DNA from: the human T2T-CHM13v2.0 reference genome, Homo sapiens
NCBI RefSeq assembly: GCF_009914755.1
Contig: NC_060931.1
Strand: one strand, 5' to 3'
DNA length: 64,000 nt
Part shown: positions 38,235-53,365 of the stretch, one piece after another
How the letters are laid out: every line of letters begins with the position of its first letter
Numbering within the stretch: the stretch's first letter is position 1
The notes under the pieces: model-generated
Database searches by the model: none
The model's input: the letters and a program-made list of their open reading frames with translations, nothing else
What the model was told of the DNA's origin: nothing
Made by a program: the position numbers and the translations under genes

Positions 38235-38470
38235 TCTTGCTTAAAAGCACAAACTCTGAAGCCAAACTGCCTGTATTTAAGTCTCAGTTCTGTCTCTTGC
38301 TAAACATGTGATCTTAGGCAAGTTTCTCAACTTCTTAGTGCTTCAATTTCCCCCTCTTTAAAATGAGGATAAAAATAGTACTTACGGCATAGGGTTGAAA
38401 GGATTCAATGAATTAACATGTGTAACGCATTTGGAGAAGAGCCTGGCACATTTTAAACACTAGATATACA
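38235..38470 (+). mobile_element. MIR SINE
   Basis: tgtgatcttaggcaagtttctcaacttc...aaaatgaggataaaaatagtac...gcctggcaca. Confidence 0.85.
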
Positions 38471-38869
38471 TTCTTACTTGATTAGTAAGTCATAGTCACT
38501 AGCTTCAAGCTCTACAGGGACACTTACTCCCTTTCCTCTCTCCTTGGCCTAGGACTAAGGTCTCCAGGGTAAACTCTTAATGTTTTTCAGTGCCATGGAG
38601 AGAAAGCAGTTATAGGGACTGCTACCACAAAAAGCAGAGGGCAAAAGACACTTTCAGAGAACTCATCAACCTTAATCTTATGTAATTTACATTTAAGCTA
38701 TCATTTAGAGATAAAACTATTTTAAAAGACAAGCAAATGAAATTACAATTTAGTTCACAAAGCTACTCCAGAGTCAATTCATCCTACTAGAGAATTACTA
38801 AGTGCAGAACATCTTATTAGTATATCTCGTTTAATATGCATACAAAATTACATATTTTCTGCCTCTTTG

Positions 38870-39120
38870 GAAATAAGCTATCTTCCACCCAGAATTTATA
38901 TGGGGTGAGCATGGGACCCAGACCTGACTAGTCAATAGTACAATCCCCCAGCCACAAAGGTAAGTTCAGAGTTGGGCATGACACAAGGCCTTTCAGAATC
39001 CTTTCTGGGGCCTTTGCAACCAGGGCTATCAAGAAATCTCATCTATCTGCTAATTGTCTACCTCTGTCCTAACCGTAGACTGGAAGGACTTGAAGCAACC
39101 AATCACCATCTTTTCCAGAA
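38870..39120 (+). mobile_element. Old MaLR LTR fragment (MLT1K/L-like)
   Basis: gggtgagcatgggacccag...ccagccaca...gttcagagttgggcatg. Confidence 0.5.
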
Positions 39121-40309
39121 ACCTTGAAAATGTTTCTTCAAAAGCTGAAATTATTTTTTAAAAATTCACTGATATATAAACAAGATGAAAATTATGATTG
39201 AGAATATGTGAAAATTTTATAGCATTTATGCAGAGGAATTGTGATACATGTTAGCAGTTTTCTCCACTCACAATGCAGTTTTAAAACTACTAATACAATA
39301 TTCGGTCCAAAGCAAGCATCAAGAAATAGAAAATCACCATATGCAGATTTTTGATGAACATATAACACATTTAGTTTCCATTATATTGTGATGTGATGAG
39401 TTCATTATGTATTGGTGGGAAAGAAACTATAGCTAGAGACAAAAAATGGATCTCTTCAGTGAGTTGGAAATCTTACAAAAATGTACACTGAAACGTTGTT
39501 CTACCCTCCTGAAATTCATAGAAATTAGCCATTCAGAAAGGAAAGTACTGTGTAAATTTGTACCAATTCAAATAAAAGAGTAGATTTCATAAAACAATCA
39601 GGACAATTGACCTAGACTTTATAAAATAGCAACACTAAGGTCACTAAATATAAGAAACTTTATCTACATCTTTTTACTAGAAGCATTCTAGAGTTCTCTA
39701 TTTCATCACTTTGTGCTTTTTAAAAAGATATTCTTCATCTGAAACTATTCCAATGAATATAATATTTTAAATATTCAAAGTAAAAATGATAATGCATATA
39801 TATATCAAAAATAATGGACTCAAGATGTATAAATGAATATACATAATATTAGAGAATGTATTTTACTCTCTCATTAAAAAAGCTTTCAAAAAGTATCATA
39901 GATTATTACAGATTGAGCCCTATTTTCTACAGTTTTTATAATATAATTTTCTCTGATAATCTAAAGTTACTGTAAGATAACAGTATATTTAATTATTCGG
40001 GCAAAGACTGTTGGTACATCTTAGTCTGATAATTGATACTCTGTATTCAATGCCATATTCTTCCATTAAACTAGAACTTGCATCTCAAATCAAGAGATAT
40101 GTACTGTAATTGCTAACACAGTCATCAACATTCCAGGATTTTGGAATTTTAGTACATTAGCTTTCACAGTGAATCTTCTTTATATTATGGTATAATCACT
40201 ACAATAACTAAATGAACTTTTACTTTTGAGATTTTAAAAATCAAACATTTTCCAAACAAGTAGTAAGATGTGATGAATAAAACTAGCGTAAAACTTAGTA
40301 ACTTGGTTA

Positions 40310-40560
40310 CCAGTTATATCTTTTCCACTTATGAGCTTTACGAGCTCTGTGACTTTGGAGAACTACTTTAAATTCTCAGAACTTCCATTTGCTTCTGTGT
40401 AAAATGGGGCACCAATAATTACCCAGACAAACTCACAAAGTGGCTGAGGAAATCGCAGTGAGAAATTAGATATATAAAAATACTTAGTACATCCAGTATT
40501 TCACATATGTGAGGCACCCACACAGTACTTGACACATAAGGAAGTTTCCACAAATGGGAG
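40310..40560 (+). mobile_element. MIR SINE
   Basis: tgtgactttggag...gtgtaaaatggggcaccaataatt. Confidence 0.65.
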
Positions 40561-41449
40561 TACTATTGTGTCATTACACAGATGTAAGAGAGAAGCAGGC
40601 AGTGGAGGATGAGAGTTCCCAAAATTGCTATGGTCTTATACACTCTGTTTCACAAGTTGTGGTCTGTCCTGCCTCACAAAATTGGTCAAGGTTTCCCATA
40701 TCATTACTGTTAATCCTGTATGGGAAAAGGTAGGAATATACCAGATGAAAAATACAATGTATACCTATCTTTGTTGTTTCCCATATGCTTCATTTGAGTT
40801 TGAGTACTGTAGCTCTTAAAAGCTTATAAAAATGCCTTTTATTCCCCTTTTGCAGTGATAACATGAATAGTTTTAAGAGCTATAAAAAGTTTTAAATAAA
40901 ACATGTAGGCAAAAATAAAAGGCATATTAGTTGAAAATTATTTTGTCACATATATTAAATATCATTACAAAACATTTCCATAATAGAAAAACAAGGTTAT
41001 GTGGAACAGTGTTTTGTCCATCTAATTGTTACGTTTTCATAGTCTCTTTTTTATCCCTACGATATATTAAATCTCAATCCATGAGCCATCAGAAATTCCT
41101 TCAAATCCAAAGAACCTGAAGAGTAAAGGGAAATAACATGGTTAAATATTCGCAGCCTCATATCATTTTCTCTTGGTTGAATGTTCTCGTCTAACAAACA
41201 GAAGCTCACTGAGGGCAACCTTGGTATCTAAGCCTAGCACAACACCTTGCAAATAGAAGGTGTTACTATTTGTTGATAAATAGAGTAAAAGTTTAGGTTG
41301 TTATTTGTTTTTGTTTTCATGGAGGTTTTATTGTTTTATTTTTAATTTATACAGCAGAGAATACAACTCATTATTGACCAGATGAACAGGAAAATCATGT
41401 TTCTTCTGGAAAACCACACCAGTGCTACAGTGAGGCAAATGTGTGTGAA

Positions 41450-41672
41450 GTAATGGAAAGAACACTAACTAGTGTCCAAAAATCTGGGGTTTTGTGCTCA
41501 TTCTCAATTGATGTGTCTCCTCAGGCAAGTCACTTAGCTTCTGCATAGATCTCTATTTTATCACCTATAAAGTGAGGTTAAAGCCTTCCTTATCTACCCC
41601 ACAGGGCTATTGCATGTAGGACATAATTGAGATCATGTATGTTAAAGGACTTTATAAACTACAAAGTGCAGT
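41450..41672 (+). mobile_element. MIR SINE (MIRc/MIR3-like)
   Basis: ggcaagtcacttagcttct...cctataaagtgagg...ctttataaactacaaagtgc. Confidence 0.7.
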
Positions 41673-41973
41673 GACAAATGGAAATGAGTCTAAATCTTCA
41701 TCTGCTCCCTGATTTAGAACAAACATGATTTGTCACAAGCAAAGGTCTATTATCAGGCAAAATACATTTTATAGATTGGGACACACCTCCCTCTTTTAAG
41801 TCAGTGGAGTAGAGGTTATACAGACTTTCTTACCATATCCTAAGACACTGTAGCACCCAGAAACTTGATTTATAATTCTATGTAGTAATGGAGTTACGTG
41901 ATCTCATATTACTCAGAACTGCAATAAGAGTTTAGGGTGCATCATTTCCTGGTATCCTCTCAATTTATATTTA

Positions 41974-42429
<456 letters not shown>

Positions 42430-42771
42430 TCATCCTGCTTCTCTGTACCCTCTCATTCTTATGGCTTTCCCCTCAAACATCTGGGAAGCAGCAAGTAACA
42501 ATGCCCCCGACAGTCAGTTTGAGTTGATGGAGCTCTCTCAAGGACCTGCTTGCTCATATAAGAGTTCTCAGGCAGTTCCTCTGGAAGTTTCCCAAGAAGA
42601 TATGCATTTCACATCTACTTACTGTCTGTCTGCTAGATGTCAAGCACTGTACTAAATGTGAGAAGACAGACATAGAATGTGACACAGCATATGCTCAGCT
42701 GACCAGTTTACTATAACGTGAAATAATAATCACGGTTAATACTTACTAAGCACCTATTAAGCCAGTCATTT

Positions 42772-43805
<1,034 letters not shown>

Positions 43806-43809
43806 ATTT

Positions 43810-43985
43810 TACCAAGATCTTTACATGCATTAAATTTTTCAATCCTTGCAATAATCTGATGAAGTAGATACTGTTATGATTCCCATCTTACAAATGAGAA
43901 AAACAAGGAGCAGAGGTGTAACTACAAAGTTTTCCATGTTTAGAAGGGGTTGGAGCTGTAATTTAAACCAGAGTATATACATTCT
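43810..43985 (-). mobile_element. MIR, continuation of 42722-42771
   Basis: aatccttgcaataatctgatgaagtag...cccatcttacaaatgagaaaaca. Confidence 0.75.
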
Positions 43986-44724
43986 TAAACTCAGAAGCCT
44001 ATGGAGTGTAACTATCTCTCCCTTCAGGCAATGTCCAACTTTGGTCCTCAAGGGAATCTGGCCACAGAATACAATTCATCTACATGACCTCCATGGAACA
44101 CAAGGGGATATATGCCAATCAAAAGAAAGGGAAGTAACATTTTGAGTACCTATTGAGAGCTGTGGGTAAAACAACGGTCCAGGTTTGATATCATTTTCTC
44201 TATTTTACAAATCAATGAGCAGGGGCTCAGACAAATTGGCCAATCTAATTCTAACAATCAGGTCTCTTACATCACAATGTGATGACAACTTCTTTCAAAA
44301 CCCCACATCAGTCATAAACAATGATGTAAATAAAACTCTAATGAGAAAACTCCAGTTACCCATCGAAAAGAATTAATTATATTCCTCAAATTGCCGCTTT
44401 TACAGCAGAGCTAAAAGTATGTTTTAGAAATGAATTGAGTAGACATGCACTTGCTCCTTGGCACTTGAGGAACAAAATATGTCACAAATGAGGGGCAAGT
44501 GAAAACTTTGATTTTAGTCATTTCTATAGCTTTTCTATTTTCTGAGCGTAAAGCTTCCCGAGGACTCTGGATATGCTTAAATAAGTCTACTAGTCTCTAG
44601 TACTGCCACTTGCTCATTCTCTGTGTATTCTCGGGAGTGTGCCAAGCTTCAGCAAAGAAGCAGTCAAGCTTCCAAGACAAACTACTGCATACCAAAGACA
44701 CTAATGCCCAATCTCTACAGGCTC

Positions 44725-45160
44725 TATACCACTCAGGGGAACAGAAAGAGGCAGAATCCTACCCAAATTGTTCTATTAAAAAGGTTTTAATGAAGGATAT
44801 TTACAAAAGTGTGGCCAAGATTAAAGAAACCCACAAGAGAAACCCAGAAACTTGCAGCAGAAGAAAGAAAGCAATACCATCCATTCCCGAGCCTAAAGGA
44901 GCAAGAATAAGAAATCGTTTTACATTAATAGGATCCCAGTGAGAGCTGGATCATGGAGGAAGGGCCCCAGTCAGACTGATAGAAGGACACAACCACAGTC
45001 AGAGACATAGAACCAAAGAGAAAGAGAGCAAGGAAAAATACATTTCTTCTCTCCTTTCCAGTCCTCTCACCTGCCATTGCCTTCCATTGGCTAAACAATT
45101 AGCCAGCTGGCAATAGAACCTGAGGAGAACATAAAATGTATAGGGTGGGAGAGCTGTTGG
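44725..45160 (-). mobile_element. LTR41-like ERVL LTR
   Basis: tttaatgaaggatatttacaaaagtgtggccaagattaaagaaacccacaag...ccttccattggctaaac. Confidence 0.65.
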
Positions 45161-46841
45161 GGGTAAACAGCATGGCTCCCTAAAAAGAGCCTGGTTATTA
45201 GAACACTCATAACCCAAATCCTGTTCCTTTAGTCTCAGGGAAATTAATCTCATCCTCTGTAGTCTTGAGCTCCACACTGAAAATTCCATCTTTCTGACCT
45301 ACAGGGCGAAGCTAGCCTCTACCTTTAGGATCAATGTCTCTCTTCACCAAGAAGACTACCTCCTTGGTGGCTCTTAAAACAAAAATAAGTTGTAAATTCC
45401 CTGTGGTACAAGGAATCCCAGAATAGAAATACCTATTCTTTTATCTTAGTGAGTAAGTATACAAGTGTGAGTGTGTTTAGATTGAGATGTGAATTAAAAT
45501 TTTTTTAAATTTTCCTAGAGAAGTGAGAATAAGACAAATTGATATCTCTCAATATGTTAAAATTGTCCTGCAGAAGAAGTTTCACAGAGGACCCTATTTA
45601 CATAAGGATAAACAGTTAAACCTATACATGAAGTTAGAAACCCATATGGTAGAATATAAAGAAACACACAAGGGAATGACTACACAGTTCATATGCTCCA
45701 CTAGCTTCCTGAAGTTGTTAAAACATGAAAAGCCGATTCCTAGCACTCTCAGGCAAATGTCTTACATGGAGAGTTTTGTTGATTGACTTTTTTGAAATAC
45801 TTACATTGTCCTGCAGAGTTGGTAACAACTTATCATTTTATGTGTTTTATTGTTTGATCAATTGGCTTTTACCAGTATTTTGAAAACTATCAAACTCTGA
45901 TCCAAGGAATTTTAAAATGTTTTTTCCTTCTTATTCTCTATTCTCTGTAAAAATACACACACAGCTGAGATACTATGGTCAAAGCATAACTGGCATTTGT
46001 GACTAAAGTACTGAATCCAAATCAGGAGTGAGTGCAAGAGAAAAAAACAAAGTTTCCATGGGCTGTCACCAATATCAGGGCTGAATTCTCCAGAATTTTA
46101 AGAATTAATGACCTTGAATCATTGCAAGAGTTTTATTTTCAAATAGATACTTAAGACTTAAAATTATAGATCATGTTTCTATGAATAAAAAGTGACCTTT
46201 TATGGCTTCTTTTCCAAAACTTCACTACTTTATTATTCCAGTGGTCTCTCACCCCATGAGTAAAAAGTCTTTAACTGTGTGCTGGCATTATATTTATAAA
46301 TGATTTATGAGTGATTAACATGCATAATCATTTGCTAATAATATACAAAGGAAAAATATTAATTTAGGGTGGGAGCTATCATACACACATTCTAGTGATT
46401 TTTAAATCTACATATAAAATAATGTTTCTTACTAATTTTAATTAGGAGGGAGGCAAGTATGTCAAATCCTATGAGATCGCTATTTATTTATCTCTTAATA
46501 AGAAGCTGCCCAATAGCTTATACCACAATTGAATTTGTGAGCTCTGCCTTTTTTTCACGTTTTTGTTTACTTATGTTTCATTGCATTCTTTTTTTTTTCT
46601 GTATAGGAATATTTTCAAGTCATTTGCCCATACCTGTGAAGGTTAATTTAGTTAGTGATATACAATGATTTGTAAGTCCACTCAATCAGGCACATATGAG
46701 TTTTAATAGATCACCAAATATTCACTGACTGATATGAATATCACTACCTACCACAAACTCCCAAGCACACAAACCAAAAAAAAAGAGAGAGAGAGCTTTT
46801 GTCATATTTCAAATATTAACATATTTTTAAGTGTATATATA

Positions 46842-48074
46842 TAGTTGATTCTTATTATTTATGGTAATTATGTCTTGTAAAGTCTGAATACTACTTCAGC
46901 AAATACTGAACCATTGCTCTTATGGGAAATGAAAAGTTAGGTTCCTGTAAGTCTCTGTTTACAGTTTCACCAACTAATCAATACATAACCTTGTTTTATG
47001 TGTGTTTCATTTAAAGACACCTTATTTACTATATATTGTTGATTCATTAACAACTGAATTCATGGCCAACTCATTGAATCCATGACAACACACCTGAAAG
47101 AAGCTTATCTAACAAACAACAAATATTTTCTCTGTAAGGCACACCACAGCCTGCTTACACTTAGGAACAACACACAGAACTTCAGCTTTTACATTCAGGG
47201 GCCATTTTGAACAGCAATAACCAAGAAAAAGCACAAAAGTACAAAAACATGGCACGAAAAAGACTGCATAAAGTACATTTGCTGATAGTATGAGAGCTGA
47301 AATGAGAAGGCTGAGCATTGCGTTGTTTGAATTTAGCTGGGAATGGACAAGTCAGGCAACTCAAAATTTTTGTGACTCTGTACATGTCTGCAAATAACCA
47401 CAAAAGCACTTCAAGTGTTGATTATGGGGTTACAAATAAGAAGATATGATTCTATACCTAGAAAATCCTATAGTCTCTGCCCGAAAGCTCCTAGACCTTA
47501 TAAATGAATTCGGCTAAGTCTCAGGATACAAAATCAATGTAAAAAATCAGTAGCATTTCTATACACCAACAACATCCAAACTGACAGCTAAATCAGGAAC
47601 ACAATCCCATTCACAATATCCACAAAAAGAATAAACTACCTAGGAATACACTTAACTAGGGAGGTGAAATAGCTCTACAATGAGAATTACAAAACACTGC
47701 TCAAAGAAATCAGAGATGACACAAACAAATGAAAAAACATTCCATGCTCATGGAAAGGAAAAATTAATATTCCTAAAATGGCCATATCACCCAAAGCAAC
47801 TTATAGATTCAATGCTATTCCAATCAAACTACCAGTGGCATTCTTCACAGAATTAGGAAAAGAACCATTTCAAATTCATATAGAACCAAAAAAGAGCTTG
47901 AACAGACAAGGCAGCAATCCTCAGCATCACATTACCTGACTTCAAACTATACTACAATGCTACAGTATCCAAAACAGCATGGCATTGGTACAAAAACAGA
48001 GACATGTAGGCCAACGGAACAGAATAGAGAGCCCAGAAATAAAACTACACACCTACAACCATCTGACCTTGACG

Positions 48075-48116
<42 letters not shown>

Positions 48117-49499
48117 AGCAATGGGGAAAAGGACTCCCTATTTGATAAATGGTGCTGGAATAACTGGCTAGCCATAAGCAGAAGGTTGAAACTGGATCCC
48201 TTCCCTACACATATGCAAACTCAATGCAAGATGAATTAAAGACTTAAATACAAAACCTAAAACTATATAAACCCTAGAAGATAACCTAGGAAATGTCATT
48301 CTGACATAGGACCTGACAATGATTTAATGACAAACACACCAAAAACAATTGAAACTTAATTTGACAAATGGGACCTAATTAAACTAATGAAAGAACTACT
48401 ACACAGCAAAAGAAACTAACAACAGAGTAAACACACAACTTACAGAATGGGAGAAAATATTTGTAAACTATGCATATGACAAAGGTCTAATATCCAGAAT
48501 CTATAAGGAATTTAGTCAATTCAACAAGCGAGAAACAAACAACTTCATTAAAAAGTGGACAAAGGACATGAATAGACGCTTTCAAAAGAAGACATACATG
48601 TAGCCAACAAGCATTAAAAAATGCTCAATATCACTAATCATTACAGAAACACAAATCAAAACCACAATGAGAAACCATCTCATACAAGTCAGAATGGCCA
48701 TCATTAAAAAGTCAAAAAATAACAGATGCTGGTTAGGTTGCAGAGAAAAGGGAATGCTTATATACTGCTGATTGGAATGTAAATTAGTTCAGCCACTGTA
48801 GGAAGCAGTTTGGTGATTTCTCAAAGAACTCCCAGAAGAATTACCATTCGACCCATCAATCCTATTATTGGGTATATAGCCAAAGGAATATAAACCATTC
48901 TACCCTAAAGACACACACATGTATGTTTATTGCAGCACTATTCACAAGAGTAAAAATATGGAATCAACCTAAATGCCATCACTGATATACTGAATAAAGA
49001 AAATATGGTACATATACACCACAGAATACTATGCATCCATAAAAAAAAAAGAATGAGATCTTGTCCTTTGCAACAACATGGATAGAGCTGGAGATCATTA
49101 TCCTAAGTGAACTAACATGAACAGAAACCAAATACTGCATGTCCTTACTTGTAAGTGGGAACTAAACTTTGAGTACATATTAAAACAAAGAAGGGAATAA
49201 TAGACCCAGGTCCTATTTGAAGGTGGAGGGAGGGAAGAGGGAAAGGATGGAAATACTACCAATCAGGTACTATGCTTATTACCTGGGTGGTGAAATAATC
49301 TGTACACCAAACCTCTGTGATATGCAATTTCACATATATGTAGCCAACAAGCAACAAGTTCCATTGGTCTGTGTCTCCGTTTTTGTACCAGTGCCTTCAC
49401 ATGTACCCCTGAACCTAATGTAAAAGTTTTTTTTTATATTTTTTTAATTTAGCTGGTAGGTAAATCCCCAAATACAGAATCCATACATGATGACAACTG
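46842..49499. mobile_element. MER82 (Tigger family) split by an L1 at about 47440-49445
   Basis: agttgattcttattatt...aatacataaccttgttttatgtgtgtttc...ggggttacaaataa | aatttagctggtagg...gacaactg. Confidence 0.88.
47440..49426 (+). mobile_element. 5'-truncated L1PA15/16-like element (ORF2 3' part and 3'UTR)
   Basis: gatatgattctatacctagaaaatcc through ...gtacccctgaacctaatgtaaaagtt; internal A run at about 48079-48113. Confidence 0.93.
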
Positions 49500-49974
49500 A
49501 ATATATATATTGAACTTTTATCAAGGCTAATATAATTGCAGTTCACTTTGAAAACCCCTATACTACTCTATTAGTCTCCAACAGGTGTGAATGAAAAAAA
49601 AAAAAACCTGGATAGTTGCTGCAAAACATACCTCCCTCTCTCTTTCCCCTCCATATATCATCTGATTACTCACATTACTGTGCATAGTAGGGTTTGTTAT
49701 TTCACGTAGAAAAAAAAAAGAAAATTTGATTAATTGGGGACTGCAGAAGGGATAGTGGATAGAGGTTCAATGGATTATATAAAATTGTTTTCACATAGTT
49801 TTCCCACGTTTAGAAGAGAGTGATTTCTGAGAGTGATGGCAAAAGTATTTGCTAGGACGGACTGTGCAATGAGACATGCTGGGCAAAGAATGAAGGCTGG
49901 AAGCACAGAGGAGCTTTCCAGAGAGATTTTGTCAACTCTGCGTACAGAGCCAAGTGATAAAAATGGTGTAACAT

Positions 49975-50280
49975 GGCCAGGCGCAGTGGCTCACACCTGT
50001 AATCCCAACACTTTGGGAGGCAGAGGCAGGCAGATCATGAGATCAGGAGACAGAGACCGTGCTGGCTAATGTGGTGAAACCCCGTCTCCACTGAAAATAC
50101 AAAAAATTAGCCGGGCACGGTGGCACATACCTGTAATCCCAGCTACTTGGGAGCCTGAGGCAAGGAGAATCGCTTGAACCTGGGAGGCGGAGGTTGCAGT
50201 GAGTAGAGATCAAGATGGTGCCACCGCACTCCAGCCTGGTCGACAGAGTGAGACTCCGTCTCAAAAATAAAAGAAAAAAA
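49975..50280 (+). mobile_element. AluSc-like
   Basis: Full dimer; TSD core ggtgtaacat on both sides. Confidence 0.92.
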
Positions 50281-51114
50281 GAAAAGGTGTAACATTGGAG
50301 AAAAGGTCGTTTTTGCCTGTTCCATCTATTTCTGCTGAAACTCAGCAGAACTTCCACACTCTGAAGACTGGATGTTTGGGAGCATCTGGAATAAGCACCT
50401 TGGAATGAACATTGGCTTTGTCGATGCAGACAGGGAGAGCAGGGAAGCTACCCCGAGTCTTCAGTGAGATGAGTGGGAGATAGAACAAGAGCAGAAAAGC
50501 AGGTAGGAGGCAAAGTGGTAAATCTTGTTTTTCCAAATTCATACCTAGACAGGTAATCCTTTGAGGACACCCATAAATAATTGTAAACACATTGAAGTTG
50601 ATGATTTTGTGACAACCAGGGTAGTGGGAGTTTGTGCTATCATTATTTGGTCTTTCAAGTAAATATAGGGTTTGTCGTATTCAGAATACACAGAGAAGTT
50701 TGTCTCTGATTTGTCATGGAGTTGGATCAGGACTGAGAACAGGTCTTTAGAGTTGCCAAAGAGAATCTCATGTTAAATATTGAAAAAGTTCTTTTGATGG
50801 ATGTTAGATCAGGCAGTAAAAGTCACACTGCTGAGAAAAATGAAGCTTGCAAATGACATCATTTCAAGAAATTTGGTAAAGCCAAGAAAGACACATCTAT
50901 TGACTAACGAGAATTCATACTCAGAAGGAAAATTGTACAAATTAAAATTAGGACATTCTAACCATGTCTCTGAATGACAAACAGCAAGTTGTTGATAGAT
51001 AAGCTGAGGTTAAAAATGTTAGGAAAACAAAATAAAGGAAATAATTAACAGATTGCCTTATATTTTAAGTATAAGTGTGTGTGTATTATATATATTTATA
51101 TTTTTGCCATGTTA

Positions 51115-51393
51115 TTTGTTTTTTCCTTCCCCTCCCCCACAGCTTTACAGTTATAATTGACAAATAAAGATTATATATATTTACATATACAAAGTGATAT
51201 TTTGATTTACATGTATACATTGTGAAATGATTAAAATAAGTGAATTAATATATTCATTTTCTCTCATACTTATCAATTTTTTTGCAGTGAGACCACTTAA
51301 GATCTACTCTTTTACCAATTTTCAAGTATATAATTAATACATTAATGCTAATTATAGTTACCATGCTATACAATAGATCTCCAGAATTTATTT
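51115..51393 (-). mobile_element. L1MA(8/9-like) 3' end, the 3' part of a U6/L1 chimera
   Basis: Reverse strand aataaattctggagatctattgtatagcatggtaactata...gagtagatcttaag...tttgtcaattataactgtaaagctg. Confidence 0.88.
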
Positions 51394-51499
51394 AAAAAAT
51401 GGAATGCTTCACGAATTTGAATGTCATCCTTGTTCAGGGGCCATGCTAAACTTCTCTGTATCATTCCAGCTTTAGTATATGCGCTACCAAGGCAAGCAC
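51394..51499 (-). pseudogene. Full-length U6 snRNA pseudogene
   Basis: Reverse strand gtgcttgccttggtagcgcatatactaaagctggaatgatacagagaagtttagcatggcccctg...caaattcgtgaagcattccatttttt, with the ACAGAGA box. Confidence 0.95.
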
Positions 51500-51542
51500 A
51501 AGTATATATATTTTAAACTTGGTAAAATTTCACAAGGACGGA

Positions 51543-52108
51543 TCATTTATGTATTCACTCATTCAAACAACATTCACAGGGCACTAATCTGTGCTAGACA
51601 TAGTGATACCAAAGTGAATGAAAGAGACAGAATCCCCACCCCATTAGAGTTAACAGGTCACAGAGCAATAAAGAGCTATGTGCAATGCAGTGTAAAAAGT
51701 GTTGGGATGTGGAAAATACCAGGCCTTAAAGCAAATAGGAAACATGCCTATCTCATCCTGGAGAATCAAGGAAAGCATCATGTAGGAAGAAACATGTGAC
51801 TGGACAAAGGTAGGGCTGATCCAGGCATGAAGAACGGAAAAGAGGACTCTGGATAGCAAACATACAGTAGCTTGGAGGGGTGAGGCCAATGTGTACAAGA
51901 ATAGCAGGACAGTTGTTGTTTCTGAGAGGAAGAGTTCTAGGATTGAATGATAAGAGATGAGTTGGAAAAGAAGCAGAGGGCATGCAAGGCCTTATAAACT
52001 ATCTTAAGGTATCTGGACATCATTCAAAATGCAGTGAGGAGCTCCCAATAGCTTTTAAGTAGGGAAATAACATAATCAGATTTGGGTTTTAGAAAGGTCA
52101 CTGTCTGC
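51543..52108 (-). mobile_element. L2 3' portion
   Basis: tcattcaaacaacattcac...gatttgggttttagaaaggtcact. Confidence 0.8.
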
Positions 52109-53169
52109 AACTTCATCACTGCAGTTTTCCATTTAGGAATCTTTGGTGAAAGTGATCCTTCATTTGAAAGCTCTACATGTCAGAAGCATATTCTGGCTCA
52201 GTGTGTATTTTGCTTAGGGACTCCTCATCATCAACCCATTAAGAGTGGACTAAAGAAACAAAGCCAAGGAGACACTAGTGATTAACAAGAGCCACACTTA
52301 AATTCCCAAGGTCCCTAAATACTACAGGAGAATCAAATGTGAATAAATTTTCCTGATAGATTGCTACAGTAAAGCATTTTTTTACGTTCTTACAGCAGCA
52401 TGATGCCAAGTTTTGCAAATTTCCATTATATGACCCTGATCACAAAGTCGTCCTTGAGAATGAAACAATACAGAAAAGGCAAAATTTTATAATACATTGG
52501 CCATAAATGGATCTTAAAAAGAAAAATAACAATGTCTTTTTTGAGTTAAGTCTTTAGGACATTTTCTAATCCTGGGGCACTGATCGAGATCCTTAGATGT
52601 AGTTTCCTATTGTCTTGACTATGTAGTCCTCCATGTCCTGCTAATATTTTTTTCTTATTAACTGTTCGATACATGGAAATCAATACGGGCAACTCACAGA
52701 CCTTCAGAAAGCCAAAACTACTTGCTGGGATTTTTTGTAACTATTCAAAATTTTTCATTATTCCTACAGTCCTCCTCTAGAAAGTTTCTTGAAAGGTTTT
52801 GTTACTTAGGGAGCTGCGTATGGACAGGTACATTTTACGAGACTTTGTTATCTCATTTACATCACAATTATCTCCCTGGTACATTCTCTTGTCCCTCCCT
52901 TTCCCCACTTTGTCCCCTCCAATACACACACAAAAACCAATTTTACAGAGAACTCACAAAGAGCTTAGAATAAAAGTATTTCTGCTACATTTCATTTTAA
53001 ATCATCTGATTGAAACAGAGAATAGTAATGAAGTTATCCTTATAAAACATAATATTTCTTCTACTTCTGTATTGAAGGTTGAGAGCCACAGATATATAAG
53101 TAACCAATAAAAATTTGGACAGGAAAATGATGGGTTAGCAACTTCCTTAGGCTGTGTTCTGGAAATGTT

Positions 53170-53365
53170 TACATATATACACATATACATACATACATAT
53201 ACACATATACATATACATATGCATACACACATATACATATATACATACACATATACACATAACACACATATATGTACTACATATATTACATATACATATC
53301 ACATATATGTGTATATATGTATGTATAAATCTATATGTATGTAGGTATATACATATATACACACA
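53170..53365. repeat. Degenerate (TA/CA/TACA)n microsatellite
   Basis: Direct reading. Confidence 0.9.

Noticed and set aside
51394-51499. Functional U6 gene
   Set aside because: Many substitutions, direct fusion to L1, and no recognisable PSE/DSE promoter upstream.
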